From: a virus
Lineage: Duplodnaviria; Caudoviricetes
Virus record (IMG/VR): IMGVR_UViG_3300003690_000041
Span: 1 to 55,809 of that record
DNA: 55,809 bases
Reading direction: 5' to 3' (one strand)
Shown here one piece after another: positions 9,400-19,720 of the stretch. Every line of letters begins with the position of its first letter. The first letter of the stretch is position 1. Position numbers and translations under genes: made by a program. The notes beneath the pieces were generated by a model that saw only the letters and a program-made list of their open reading frames with translations, was not told the DNA's origin and ran no database searches.

Positions 9400-10701
9400 T
9401 TATTGACCTTTAGCAAGCCCAGAATGAACCCCTCTGATCCAGGGGTGCCTGGGCAAATTGACAGGACCAAGCTGCACGTCAGCGAACTGCTGTACCAGAT
9501 TAGGCTTCGGGTCAATCCACGACCTGTATTCTCTCATCCGTTCTGTGAACATATTGCCAAATGATTTTGCGTAGTCAGGCTTACCAAAGGCGGGAAGCAC
9601 TTCTTCAGCACCTCCATAATCCAAAAGGTCATGGAAGTCATCATCAAATTCAGGCCAGTCTTCGTCATGGACGAGATCGGGCTTATAGGCCATTGCTGAT
9701 AGCGTATAGGTGATGTCTGCGTCAGGGATAGGAAAGAATCCTACCCACTGGTAGGTAGGAGAGGCAACCCACGAAGGGATAACGGAAAGAGTATTACTTC
9801 CTGAATCTGTCACTGTCACATTGCCCGTCCACGCTGCTACCCCATCGTTTCTTGTCTTGACGATACGCTCAATGGAATCATACGTCTGCGTCGTTGTCAC
9901 CGAGGTGACGCCATTCATATCATTCTTCTCTCTGACAAGATTGCCATTGAGGAGACCGACAACAGTTAATTTATATGTACTGTTGTCGCTGGCAGAAGAA
10001 GACACAAAAGAGATAGTAGTAGCAGCAGACGAAGGCTGCGCCTGGACACCAAATTTACCCGCGTGGTAATAATATTCAGGAGATCCCCTGTCTGTATTGC
10101 CTGGATACGACTTATGGAAATCCGTCTGTGTAATATTGATCAGAGGGCGAGTGTTGGTGGGATCATCGAAGTTGACATCCGCTTTGGCATATAGAGGAAG
10201 ACCCGATACGATAGACCCTGTGCCGTTGGTAGAACCAGCAGAGAAACCCAACAGAGTATATGCGTCATTGGATACCGCGACAATAGTGACCTCAGAAGAG
10301 AACCCATAGGTGTTAGAGGATATCTTCACCTTACCAGACGAATCAGCAACGGTGATCAAATTCGTTTGACTGTTGATGTCTGAGGACACCTGAGAGGCTG
10401 ATAGCGTTCCTGCTGTCAGCGTCACCGTCTGGTTCGTGCCGTTGTCTACTTGTATGGTCAACTTATCGTTGGAATCAGCGGCGACGACATAGTTCTCCGA
10501 CACAGAACCAGTAACAGATGCTTGTGCAGGTGCCGTGACGTTGAAGATGAAGTCCCTCTTACGCATCTCCTGGTTAGTAGATGCTAACACACGGCGATAG
10601 GTATTGTTTATTCCTGCCTTCGCCATCACTTCAGCATCGCCACCAGCACCCTGTGACCCTAAGTTCAACAGCCTCGTCTGATGTTCAAGGAAATCAGGCA
10701 T
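9400..10701 (-). CDS. Putative head-tail adaptor with inserted Ser/Thr-rich beta domains
   Basis: N-terminal INNTYRRV and C-terminal FPIPDADITYTL..YKPDL..DWPEFDDDFHDLL resemble podovirus adaptors; synteny. Confidence 0.55.
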   Translation of the reverse strand: MPDFLEHQTRLLNLGSQGAGGDAEVMAKAGINNTYRRVLASTNQEMRKRDFIFNVTAPAQASVTGSVSENYVVAADSNDKLTIQVDNGTNQTVTLTAGTLSASQVSSDINSQTNLITVADSSGKVKISSNTYGFSSEVTIVAVSNDAYTLLGFSAGSTNGTGSIVSGLPLYAKADVNFDDPTNTRPLINITQTDFHKSYPGNTDRGSPEYYYHAGKFGVQAQPSSAATTISFVSSSASDNSTYKLTVVGLLNGNLVREKNDMNGVTSVTTTQTYDSIERIVKTRNDGVAAWTGNVTVTDSGSNTLSVIPSWVASPTYQWVGFFPIPDADITYTLSAMAYKPDLVHDEDWPEFDDDFHDLLDYGGAEEVLPAFGKPDYAKSFGNMFTERMREYRSWIDPKPNLVQQFADVQLGPVNLPRHPWIRGVHSGLAKGQ

Positions 10702-10704
10702 AGC

Positions 10705-11511
10705 CTATCCCTTCTTTGAGCGTTTCCCTTTTGAGGGCTGTGATACATCAAGAACTTCGGGTAGGTCTTGTCCGACAGAAATTACATTCTTCTCTGCCTC
10801 TTCGTTCTCTTGCTGAAGCTCTACAGCCTGAAAAAGTGTCTCTCTCTCTTCCAAAGGCATACCACCCAATTGCTGCATAAGCATCCGTGTGGCCTCTTGA
10901 GGGTTCGTAGGCATTGTATTGGAATTGATCTCGTTGCCACCGAACTTGCTTGCCATCGCCTCAAACGCCTTCTCGATAGACGAAAGGAGGCCCGCCTCTG
11001 AACGCGTGCGCTGATCTTCTACGCTGTCCATCAGCCTCTCCTTGCGAGCAGGGCCATCTGTGCGCACCACAAAAGCAATACGGAATTCCCACAGATGATA
11101 CATAGGCTGCTCATCACCAGACAGTTCCTGGTTTTCGTCAGCCTCTTTCTTGGAGATAATAGAACCCCTCTCGTTACGTCCCCTCTCCCCTGCGCAGGTG
11201 CCGTGATACCGGATGATCAGCCCGTCATCTTCGCTGAGGACTTCTTCGTCATCACCCTTCCGAGTGAATACCCTGGAAGTCAACCCAGCCTCACGAAGCG
11301 ACTGAGGCAGCCCAGTGAACTCTTCTACCCACGTATGCTCAGGAGGGTGATACGTATCAGACAATTCGGTGTTCAAAGACTCCAGCTTACGATAGATAAT
11401 TGTCCCCGTCTGCTCTTCTGTGAGGACCAATTCTTCGAACAGACCACGACGGTGTCCCTTGATAGTGTTCACTTCCAACGCTTCTGCTTGTGAATCTAAT
11501 ACGACAGGCAT
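10705..11511 (-). CDS. Hypothetical protein
   Basis: 268-aa ORF with AAGGAG RBS. Confidence 0.7.
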   Translation of the reverse strand: MPVVLDSQAEALEVNTIKGHRRGLFEELVLTEEQTGTIIYRKLESLNTELSDTYHPPEHTWVEEFTGLPQSLREAGLTSRVFTRKGDDEEVLSEDDGLIIRYHGTCAGERGRNERGSIISKKEADENQELSGDEQPMYHLWEFRIAFVVRTDGPARKERLMDSVEDQRTRSEAGLLSSIEKAFEAMASKFGGNEINSNTMPTNPQEATRMLMQQLGGMPLEERETLFQAVELQQENEEAEKNVISVGQDLPEVLDVSQPSKGKRSKKG

Positions 11512-11523
11512 GACATACTCCTT

Positions 11524-11841
11524 CTAAATGGTGTAACCCCAAACAGTGATCTGACAATCGGATGACGATGCCGATATTTTACCTATGGCAGCAGCGCCCT
11601 TTCCGCACGGGACGACTATTTCACCCGATGCAAATGGCAGACCTTCTACCGATACATCTTTTTTCCCTTCCCACAAAATAGTTCCAGCAGGCGATTCAAC
11701 TGTCCATACAGAATCAGCATCCCCATGTCCTGATATCCCCGTAATAACATATGTATGATCTGCATCAGCAGCCTGCGTTGCGGTAGCTCCACTATTCGTC
11801 CCTGCTGCCGTTGCGCTGAATACCTGATTTTGACCTACCAT
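11524..11841 (-). CDS. Hypothetical protein, possibly virion-associated
   Basis: 105 aa, GGAGG RBS. Confidence 0.65.
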   Translation of the reverse strand: MVGQNQVFSATAAGTNSGATATQAADADHTYVITGISGHGDADSVWTVESPAGTILWEGKKDVSVEGLPFASGEIVVPCGKGAAAIGKISASSSDCQITVWGYTI

Positions 11842-11850
11842 AATATCCTC

Positions 11851-12252
11851 CTATCTTAATTGAATATAAAATCCAAGAAGATTCGCATAAACAGTCGCAT
11901 CCGTAGTCTTCCCGCTTACAAACACGCCAGGATTAACAAGTATGTGTAAAGAAGTAAAAGTATACACACCAAAGCGCACAAGGGCATCTTCAAGCAAGGT
12001 CTCGGCTACTACTACTGAACTGTCGCTGGTCGTTTCATAAATAATCACTTCTGCATCTGTTGCATCAGACACATCTTTGTTCGCTCGAAGACTTAACGCC
12101 GTGATACAAAATTGCATCCCTGCTCTTGGACGGAAAAAATTGTACGCGGTGTCAGGGGTATCCATTTTCTGGAATGACACCAAATCAGAAGGAGTAACAA
12201 TTTCTGTTCCATCAGAGGCCACCGATGGGGTTCTGGGAACAAACTCGATCAT
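11851..12252 (-). CDS. Hypothetical protein
   Basis: 133 aa, ATGA-type overlap with the upstream gene. Confidence 0.6.
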   Translation of the reverse strand: MIEFVPRTPSVASDGTEIVTPSDLVSFQKMDTPDTAYNFFRPRAGMQFCITALSLRANKDVSDATDAEVIIYETTSDSSVVVAETLLEDALVRFGVYTFTSLHILVNPGVFVSGKTTDATVYANLLGFYIQLR

Positions 12253-12539
12253 GTCCTTTGCTCCACGAATTCAATAACACGAACATCTGCCGTTCCTGTC
12301 GATACAATGCCATAGATATCACCACGGTAGAAAAACTGGTGATGCTCGCCTCCTTCGAATTCCCACTTCATCTTAATACCGGGGTCGAGAGCTATACCCG
12401 AAGCAACAGTCACCCCACTTCCATCACCTATACGCACTACCTGTGCGGAGTTATTCTCGATGATAAGGGAAATGCGTTTATAGTTCTTTACTGCAATAGC
12501 AGTTGCTGTGGTTCCTACGCTGACAGCAGCAGTAGACAT
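12249..12539 (-). CDS. Hypothetical small beta-rich protein
   Basis: 96 aa, coupled to its neighbours. Confidence 0.6.
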   Translation of the reverse strand: MSTAAVSVGTTATAIAVKNYKRISLIIENNSAQVVRIGDGSGVTVASGIALDPGIKMKWEFEGGEHHQFFYRGDIYGIVSTGTADVRVIEFVEQRT

Positions 12540-13453
12540 TATTTCACTCCACAGATGTCCAGCATATGCTTGAGCCTGTGTTGGTAGGTGTGGTTGCCCC
12601 TGACCAGTTCATGTCCCTTCTTTGCTATCTCTTCCCTCTCCGTCGAGTGGTTCAAGTAATATGTCGCCTTATCTATTGCTTCGTTTACTCCATCATACAC
12701 GATAAAATGCTCGTCAGGAACAAAGCCCACATCCTCATACCCTTCCTGGTCCCCGTTGGACATCATCGCTGTCCCCGTAGACATCACTTCAAAGAATCGC
12801 ATATTGAGGTCGTCGCGTATGCTCACATTAAAACCCAGACGGGACCTAATATAACGCACCGCCATGTCTTCCCAGAAGCCACTGATGGTGAGCCACGAAT
12901 CAGGGAATGCCTTGAACATAGCATCCAGGTAATTGATCCTGTTATGGTATCCAGGCTCATCAGGTGGGTCTTGCATAAAACCCACAAAGGCGAGATCGTG
13001 CTGTTTCTCCAGCCCCCTGTCTCCACAGTGGTGGTCTTTCTCTGGATGCACCATCATCTCGCTGTAATTGGGGTGAGCAGGGGGGTGACACGCCAACGGC
13101 AACCAAAAGGCTTTCTCTATACCATCTTCGCGCATCTTTACAGCACCCGCCTTTTGCGCCGTAAATACGTAATCGAAGTCTCTGGCCCACGATAACCTCC
13201 TGTCATAGCCGAGGTGTGTGTCTATCAACCATATGGCATTGGGCTTGGGAGGTGTCCAGTCGATATCGTCGCGTCCGTCATCTATCTGTATGTTCAGAAC
13301 ATGTTCTGAGACATTGATACCGGGACGAGAATACCTCTTCATCTCCAGTCCCATTCCGTGACCGTGACCACGGATGTCTCTCAAGGCGTCCCAGACCAGG
13401 ACACCCGTGCCGTTATTTCTTACCTCTGCATTATAGAAAAGGCCTATAGACAT
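12539..13453 (-). CDS. Glycosyltransferase, CgeB / Glyco_trans_1_2-like (GT-B)
   Basis: WLPLAC, DLAFVG, DLNMRFFEVMSTG, EREEIAKKGHELV..HTYQHR motifs. Confidence 0.85.
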   Translation of the reverse strand: MSIGLFYNAEVRNNGTGVLVWDALRDIRGHGHGMGLEMKRYSRPGINVSEHVLNIQIDDGRDDIDWTPPKPNAIWLIDTHLGYDRRLSWARDFDYVFTAQKAGAVKMREDGIEKAFWLPLACHPPAHPNYSEMMVHPEKDHHCGDRGLEKQHDLAFVGFMQDPPDEPGYHNRINYLDAMFKAFPDSWLTISGFWEDMAVRYIRSRLGFNVSIRDDLNMRFFEVMSTGTAMMSNGDQEGYEDVGFVPDEHFIVYDGVNEAIDKATYYLNHSTEREEIAKKGHELVRGNHTYQHRLKHMLDICGVK

Positions 13454-14691
13454 GGCGTAGCGACAACCCCGAAGTTGCCACCGTAGAACTCACTATGGTC
13501 TTCAACAGACCATCCTGCGGTAGTCAGTATGTTAGTAAGGCTTTGCGGTGTGAAAGCATGGACATGGGTATAGTCCACGATCATCGTGTCAAGGCGAGAT
13601 ACATCAGGGGTGGTGATCACCATATGACCATCATCCTTCAATACCCTGCGCCATTCTGTCAATGCCTCTATGGGGTCTATGAGATGTTCAAATACGTGGA
13701 GGGCGACGATGTAGTCGACGCAATGGTCTTGCATAGGGATATTCAATCCATCAGCGGTAATATTGGGATTAGCGCCCAGCGTCTTCTGCCTTCCTGACCC
13801 TGTCTCATTTATCTTCCGCTGGTCTACGCCAATTAACCCCTCAATACGGTCATTCCCGCATCCTACATTTAACCCTCTTCCCTCTCCAAATAATTCGATA
13901 TGGGCATTCGCCCACTCTCTCTCCTCATCAAATCGTTCTGTATTAGGAATAGGATTATAGGGGATAGTCTTGGAACACAGCGTGTCATACCACTTCCTGA
14001 CACCGTGTCTACGTATAAGGGCGTTATTTGTCATGTCCTGATGATTGAAGCTGTCCCAGCCAGGACGCACCCTACGGCCCGTCTGCTGGCCTATATGATG
14101 AAGATAGCAGCTTCTCTGAACAATCAACTTATATCCTGCGTCTATGATCTTTATCGACCAGTCAAAATCATCCCCTCCCGGCAGGGTCTCATCCAACCCG
14201 CCAATCTCTTTGAGCAAATCCGTGCGTATGATCACACAGAAACCAATCAACAAAGTGGATTCATGAATCATAGGTAATTTGATATTCCATAGGTTCTGTG
14301 ACCCCATCACAAAATTGCTCACAGGACCGACTGCCCCCACAGAAGGATCTGAGAAAGGCTGAACCATCTTACGCCAAAATCCTCCATCATTCGGCAGGAA
14401 GACTACATCATCGTTCAACAAACAAACAAAAGGGGTGTCGCAGTTCTTCAAAGCGAGGTTATGTGCAGCCATCCATCCCAGATTAGTCCCCGCGTGGATG
14501 ACATCAATTTCTCCGAAGTCCGTCCCTGCTACCGCCTCATCCAAATACTGACGAGTGGTGTCCAAACCGTCGTTGTTGATGACTGTGAGGTGATACGGAA
14601 ATTCAGTATAACGAACCAACGAGTTGAGACAATCATTCAACTGCTTGGGGTTACGGTAAGTGGGTATTTGTATTGTGACAATCGGGTCCAT
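13444..14691 (-). CDS. GT2 glycosyltransferase fused to a class I SAM methyltransferase
   Basis: IQIPTY..CLNSL, LLNDD, IGGLDE..DDFDWS (GT2); LNVGCG, HVFEHL..ALTEWRRVLK.DG (MTase). Confidence 0.88.
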   Translation of the reverse strand: MDPIVTIQIPTYRNPKQLNDCLNSLVRYTEFPYHLTVINNDGLDTTRQYLDEAVAGTDFGEIDVIHAGTNLGWMAAHNLALKNCDTPFVCLLNDDVVFLPNDGGFWRKMVQPFSDPSVGAVGPVSNFVMGSQNLWNIKLPMIHESTLLIGFCVIIRTDLLKEIGGLDETLPGGDDFDWSIKIIDAGYKLIVQRSCYLHHIGQQTGRRVRPGWDSFNHQDMTNNALIRRHGVRKWYDTLCSKTIPYNPIPNTERFDEEREWANAHIELFGEGRGLNVGCGNDRIEGLIGVDQRKINETGSGRQKTLGANPNITADGLNIPMQDHCVDYIVALHVFEHLIDPIEALTEWRRVLKDDGHMVITTPDVSRLDTMIVDYTHVHAFTPQSLTNILTTAGWSVEDHSEFYGGNFGVVATPCL

Positions 14692-14692
14692 A

Positions 14693-15223
14693 TCAAGCCT
14701 TTATAATAGCCATAGCGCCACAGGACTCATCCGATGTCCTAAGAGGGAGCCAGTGGTAATCGTTGATAAAATCAATAATTGCTTCTGTCATCGTAGGTCC
14801 TTCTTCCATCTCTTTCTTCGGGTAGTTGGCAAGACCATTATATCCATTGTGGAATCCGTTTGTGTCTTTGAAGGCTACGGTATCGTGCATACAGATGACG
14901 GCACCTTCTCTGGTGTACTTGTCCAGGGCTTCCAATTCTTTCTTCAGCGTCCACCCATTGTGATCGGTATCCACAATAGCAAATTCAATCTCCGTGTTCC
15001 CCTGTATCTCCAGGTAAGAAACACCCGTTATCCATTCGACATTATCAAGCCGTTTGATATGATCTGGACACTTTCCGATATCTATCGCCACCACAGGAAC
15101 CATCGAAGCAAGAGCTTTTGTGTTCTTCCCTCCTGCTGCACCCAGTTCCAGCACCCACGAAGGCTTATGTGTCTCGATCAGTTCTTTCACATTTAAATTC
15201 TTATCCCAATGCCCCTGGAACAT
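14693..15223 (-). CDS. Class I SAM methyltransferase (Methyltransf_24-like)
   Basis: VLELGAAGG, AIVDTDH, GAVICMHDT motifs. Confidence 0.8.
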   Translation of the reverse strand: MFQGHWDKNLNVKELIETHKPSWVLELGAAGGKNTKALASMVPVVAIDIGKCPDHIKRLDNVEWITGVSYLEIQGNTEIEFAIVDTDHNGWTLKKELEALDKYTREGAVICMHDTVAFKDTNGFHNGYNGLANYPKKEMEEGPTMTEAIIDFINDYHWLPLRTSDESCGAMAIIKA

Positions 15224-15393
15224 AACATCTCCATATATTCAGGATCGCCCGCAAACATCGTGCATACATCTTCTTCGTCTAATGCTTTTATCAAACAAGT
15301 CTGACATAAGTTGTAATCCTTGACCCCCGGCTTACCGTGGTTGATCTGCACATGAAAGCCGCCGTCAGCATCACAGCGAAAACAGGGACTCAC
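15193..15393 (-). CDS. Small Cys-rich hypothetical protein
   Basis: CxxC...CxxC; overlaps its neighbours. Confidence 0.45.
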   Translation of the reverse strand: MSPCFRCDADGGFHVQINHGKPGVKDYNLCQTCLIKALDEEDVCTMFAGDPEYMEMLCSRGIGIRI

Positions 15394-16217
15394 ACAACCT
15401 CCATATATCGCTCGTATGCTTCCGGGTTCTCTTTTCTGTTCCTCTCATAAGCCTGTTCTCCAAACCAACGGGGCCTATGTGCCGCGTGCATCGTTTTCAC
15501 CGATGTGTCCATATATCTCGGAATACCACTTTGGTGACACCGGACACAGAACATCCAGTCTTCACCACACCCCGTCGAATAAAACCAAGGCTTACCAAGC
15601 TGACGGAATACACTCATATTGAACAATACCACGCCAGCACCAAAGCCCAGAGAGCCACCTATGTCTTCGCCACCTATAAGCTGGTCCTTCGGGTAATCCA
15701 ATACCTGATCGCTCTTGTAAACAATGCCCTTTTCTTCATATACTTCACGGACACGATAGATGACAGGAAGGACAGGCTCTCTGGAGGTGAAAGCCAATGC
15801 AGCACATACGGGCTTATTGTGTCTCCATAGACGCAAGAACATCGACCAGTCAAAGAGCATATCATCGTCCCACATCAACAGCCATTCATACCCTTCTGTA
15901 AGGGCAGACTCTACAAGGCGCTCGCGAGCAAGACCAGGGAGGGAAAGTCCTCCCTGGTTGCATTGCCCAAATTCAAATATCACATCATCTTTCAGGGTGA
16001 TCTCAGCGCCTGCATCGTGGTAGAGGTCGAGCTTCCGTAGGCCATTCAATGCGTCTACCTGCATTGCAGAGCCGTGGTTGTCACCGATCCAATTGAGCCA
16101 TTCGCAGCGTTCCTGCAACCTACCCAAATAGTGACACATCTCAAAATATCTGGGATATGTATTCACATCTGGACCATTATACCACGGGAAGCCCAGCATC
16201 ACCTTTACTCGCCTCAT
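15390..16217 (-). CDS. GT-A fold glycosyltransferase (GT2-like)
   Basis: WLLMWDDDM (DxD), GFGAGVVLF..VF, GEDWMFC motifs. Confidence 0.82.
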   Translation of the reverse strand: MRRVKVMLGFPWYNGPDVNTYPRYFEMCHYLGRLQERCEWLNWIGDNHGSAMQVDALNGLRKLDLYHDAGAEITLKDDVIFEFGQCNQGGLSLPGLARERLVESALTEGYEWLLMWDDDMLFDWSMFLRLWRHNKPVCAALAFTSREPVLPVIYRVREVYEEKGIVYKSDQVLDYPKDQLIGGEDIGGSLGFGAGVVLFNMSVFRQLGKPWFYSTGCGEDWMFCVRCHQSGIPRYMDTSVKTMHAAHRPRWFGEQAYERNRKENPEAYERYMEVV

Positions 16218-16363
16218 CCGTAAATCGCCTTCCAGAGGTCTTTAGCCTCTTTTTCAGATAAACCACCGCCCCTATCTTTGTTCCTGATCCAGGCAAGGAC
16301 TGCTTTCATCGTCGGATCAACGACTTTCACCGTTGCTTTTTTGGCGAGTTTGACTTTAGCCAT
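16214..16363 (-). CDS. Small basic hypothetical protein (49 aa)
   Basis: Own translation MAKVKLAKKATVKVVDPTMKAVLAWIRN...; stop overlaps the next ATG. Confidence 0.5.
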   Translation of the reverse strand: MAKVKLAKKATVKVVDPTMKAVLAWIRNKDRGGGLSEKEAKDLWKAIYG

Positions 16364-16375
16364 TCGATCTTTCCC

Positions 16376-16807
16376 CTATTTGATGAGACCCAACCAGCGC
16401 ACCTTCATGTAGTCCCAGAAGGTGGTCTGTGTTGCTCGCTTATACCTGTGCCCCTTATGCTTGGAGTACCTATCCGTGCCATTAGACCAAAACAGGGAAC
16501 GAGGATTGCCATCCTTTACGCACGTATTACACCGCATTAGTTCCCTGCCGTCCAAATCAGCATCTACTGGTCGGATAAACCAAAAGAAGCAACTGTTGTA
16601 CAGCTTGCTATACACAGGCTCTATCATATCCAACTGCTGCTTTGTTTCCTGGAACTCAAAGCCCAGCGCCTGATATCTCTGATATAGGTCTTGATATTTA
16701 GTCTTCCAATCGGTGGTATCAAAGGTAGAGCCATTCCCAGAGTTAAGCGCATGTAGCTCGTCTTTGGATACCACCGATGGAAAACTAACTTTTGGTCCCA
16801 TACTCAT
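16376..16807 (-). CDS. Hypothetical protein
   Basis: 143-aa ORF in the operon. Confidence 0.6.
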   Translation of the reverse strand: MSMGPKVSFPSVVSKDELHALNSGNGSTFDTTDWKTKYQDLYQRYQALGFEFQETKQQLDMIEPVYSKLYNSCFFWFIRPVDADLDGRELMRCNTCVKDGNPRSLFWSNGTDRYSKHKGHRYKRATQTTFWDYMKVRWLGLIK

Positions 16808-16810
16808 CTT

Positions 16811-17239
16811 TTACATAGCCCTCACCCAACTACGAAAATACGTATTCGCGCTGGTAGTGATGGTTTCCAAAGCAATCACAGGGCCATACGTGTCGTCAAG
16901 GCCTGTGCTGTTGACGCCGAGGCTGGCTACTTCGCCAGGACCACAAGCGTCGTCAAGCGTCAGCGTGACAAAGCTGCCCACACCAAAGGCAAGCGTAGAG
17001 GCAGCATACCCGGAAAAGATCACTCGACCGGATGCCGTATCAGCGATGTCTTCAGCAGCAATACCAGCGAAAGAACGGCGATTGTTGTCTTGCGACAATA
17101 CCGCGTTGTTCCCGTTGACAGAAGCTGCAAGTGTGCAGATAGACACCGCATTGCCCGTGGTGAGGGTTTGTCCCGCCACGTTTGTTACGTCGCCATACAT
17201 CACTTCAGCGCCTGATTCATTGACCACAGCGGTCTGCAT
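16811..17239 (-). CDS. Putative capsid decoration/cement protein
   Basis: Small-residue-rich, directly after the major capsid gene; AGIAAEDIA motif; AGGAGG RBS. Confidence 0.6.
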   Translation of the reverse strand: MQTAVVNESGAEVMYGDVTNVAGQTLTTGNAVSICTLAASVNGNNAVLSQDNNRRSFAGIAAEDIADTASGRVIFSGYAASTLAFGVGSFVTLTLDDACGPGEVASLGVNSTGLDDTYGPVIALETITTSANTYFRSWVRAM

Positions 17240-17266
17240 AATTTACCTCCTAAACAACATAATCAA

Positions 17267-18262
17267 TTAGGTTACTCCTGTCAGCTTGCCCAGCTTGCGC
17301 CGATTGTTTGCAAGCATATTACCCATGAAGAGGATCTGTGTCACCAACGAGTCCTGGTTGACGGGCTTCTGCAAGCCGTCATCAGCCTGGGTGAAGTTGG
17401 CATCTTCGTGGACATACAGGAAAAGGTGGTTCAGATTGAGCACGTAGACCGTCCCAGAAGTGCAATAATCAGACCAGATGAAGTCAGACCCCTTAAACTT
17501 GAGGACGTTGATACCTGCATCTGCACCGCCTGCGGGGTTCTGCTCATAGCGCACCTGTGGCTGGAGCAGGGCCTCATACGACTCATGAATGGTTCGTGTC
17601 GTAACGAGCAAGTTGGGGCTTGAGTCCGTGCCCTCTGCTCCTTGCGAACACTGGTTCCAGACAGACCGCATCTTGGGAACCAAGTTTACCGCTGCTGCAC
17701 CCACAGAAGCAGCCACCTTGTTGGCCCACGCAGTATTTGCGGTAGGCACAGAAGCGTAGCTGGTAGTCCCTGTGACTGTTTCAATGGCAGCTTCCAATCC
17801 AGTAATATTCTTGGAGGCATTGCCAGTTCCATCAGAATACATCCCTGTGGTGATCACATCGTTGAGAGACTTCGCTGCATTGTTCAGTCGCTCATCCAGC
17901 AAGCCAAAGAGCCTGGACTCATTGGACTTGTTGACACGCATCTCGCGTCCTGAGATGACCACAGAGGCAGAGTATTGCTTCCAGGCGAACATACCCGATG
18001 TCTGCGTCTGCTTACGCGTGACATCTAGAGCATCGAGATCCTCATAGGATTTCGCCGTTCCATTCTTTGCGTAATCAATGCTGATACGCATACGTTCACC
18101 GCCGTCAACGATTTTCAACTGCCCACCAGCACGCATACGTCGCGTCAATGGTGAAGCATCAAAGATGGTGTCCTGCACCACCCCTGTCATCATCGTGTTT
18201 TCGAGGGTAGACGCCAGAAGAGAACGAATAGTCCTGGTATCGGTAGTGTCTGTATTAGCCAT
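17267..18262 (-). CDS. Major capsid protein
   Basis: 331 aa after the scaffold; DGGERMRISIDY, YSDGTGN..K.ITGL and terminal NNRRKLGKLTGV are typical of this MCP class. Confidence 0.85.
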   Translation of the reverse strand: MANTDTTDTRTIRSLLASTLENTMMTGVVQDTIFDASPLTRRMRAGGQLKIVDGGERMRISIDYAKNGTAKSYEDLDALDVTRKQTQTSGMFAWKQYSASVVISGREMRVNKSNESRLFGLLDERLNNAAKSLNDVITTGMYSDGTGNASKNITGLEAAIETVTGTTSYASVPTANTAWANKVAASVGAAAVNLVPKMRSVWNQCSQGAEGTDSSPNLLVTTRTIHESYEALLQPQVRYEQNPAGGADAGINVLKFKGSDFIWSDYCTSGTVYVLNLNHLFLYVHEDANFTQADDGLQKPVNQDSLVTQILFMGNMLANNRRKLGKLTGVT

Positions 18263-18273
18263 TGCTAATAACC

Positions 18274-19200
18274 CTATCTATTGATAGAAGTCTCCGCAGC
18301 ACGGCGAGCTTTGGACATTACATCAGAAATTCGAGCAAACCCTTTGGGCTTACTGACCTCTTTGTAATCGTCAGGATTATAGAGGTCAGGGAATGTCTCC
18401 CCGCCAGCATTCCGCATACCAACGGTTCCGTTGATAGCCTGCCGAACACGCTGACCATTGTTTGCCTTGAACTCCTTGATCGCTTCGTTGCGCCCCTGCT
18501 GACTAGCAGAGGATATCAAAGCATCGAAATGCGACAACTTATACAGGTCTTCAAAAGTGAGGTTTTGCTCGTTGACGAGGCGGTTGTAGTATGGCTGCAT
18601 ATTGTCTTTAGCCGTCTGGTTGATATTGAACGTATCACCATCCAAAGAGCCGAAGTCATCACCAAAACGAGCCACGGCAGCTTTGTTGGTCTCTGTCACC
18701 TGCTCAGAACGGGCCATCTCATCCAACTCATCTTGTCGGACATATCCGTTTGTTCTCAGGTAGGCATCAAGCAACTCGATCTGCGCGGGGTCTACATTGG
18801 CGAGGTTTTCGGCAACAGGATCAGGCTCTGCATCCATTTCTGCTGTCACCTCATCACGCAACGCTTCCACTTCAGCAATTGAATCCCGTAGCTGACGCTG
18901 CAACGACTCGTTCTGATTTCCTTGTACAAAGTCGCGCTGCATACCACGGACAACTTCGTAAGCGTTATCGCCTAACTGCTCACGGACTTCCCTCAATACA
19001 GTGTCAATACCCGGACGCCCGGAAGAGGTATTCTCGCCTCCAGAACCACCTTCAGCATCCTCGTCGGCACCTTCGCCATCTTGTGGGGTTGTTTCGGTTT
19101 CCTGGTCTTCGGTTTCACTCACTTGATCCTCGACCTGTCCTTTCATCTCTGCGACGGTTTCAAGGACTTCTGGAGCGACCTGAAGGGGAATATGATTCAT
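18274..19200 (-). CDS. Putative capsid scaffolding protein
   Basis: Acidic helical protein directly upstream of the MCP. Confidence 0.65.
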   Translation of the reverse strand: MNHIPLQVAPEVLETVAEMKGQVEDQVSETEDQETETTPQDGEGADEDAEGGSGGENTSSGRPGIDTVLREVREQLGDNAYEVVRGMQRDFVQGNQNESLQRQLRDSIAEVEALRDEVTAEMDAEPDPVAENLANVDPAQIELLDAYLRTNGYVRQDELDEMARSEQVTETNKAAVARFGDDFGSLDGDTFNINQTAKDNMQPYYNRLVNEQNLTFEDLYKLSHFDALISSASQQGRNEAIKEFKANNGQRVRQAINGTVGMRNAGGETFPDLYNPDDYKEVSKPKGFARISDVMSKARRAAETSINR

Positions 19201-19210
19201 TGTATATCTC

Positions 19211-19678
19211 CTACTGAATACGCTTCACTTTGAACGCTTTTTTCGTATTAGACTCATTGTCTACGTGGCGTCCACTCTTTCTTACACCGCCCTCCTTGTT
19301 CAAGAAAGCGATAGGCTGATTATCTTTGTATTCTCTGGCTTTTTCTTGTTTACGCTGAACATCGGAATGACTGATACCCTGTGGGTTGCTCTGCCCAATA
19401 GCGTACTTCTCTACGTTGCGAGCACCACCCTTCTTGTCTCCTGCTTCTACCACATCCATAGCCTTCATGACTTGCTGTCGGTGCCTCTTGCCGTGGATAT
19501 CAACTCCCAAGCCTTCGTCATAATAGGACTCCTGAATCTGCACGTTACGCGTAAAGGAAAACTGATAATGCGCAAACCCACCACAAGAGCACGGCTTGGG
19601 CATCCTCCTGGCTTCAAAAGGAACAATATGGTCTTCTACGGTGTCACAGAATTCACAGTAGTATTCGTAATTAGGCAT
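19211..19678 (-). CDS. FmdB-like zinc-ribbon protein
   Basis: MPNYEYYCEFC...KPCSCG; common between portal and scaffold. Confidence 0.7.
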   Translation of the reverse strand: MPNYEYYCEFCDTVEDHIVPFEARRMPKPCSCGGFAHYQFSFTRNVQIQESYYDEGLGVDIHGKRHRQQVMKAMDVVEAGDKKGGARNVEKYAIGQSNPQGISHSDVQRKQEKAREYKDNQPIAFLNKEGGVRKSGRHVDNESNTKKAFKVKRIQ

Positions 19679-19720
19679 TATCCCCCCAGTTTTTTCGTTC
19701 ATTGGTAGTATTCATGACCA

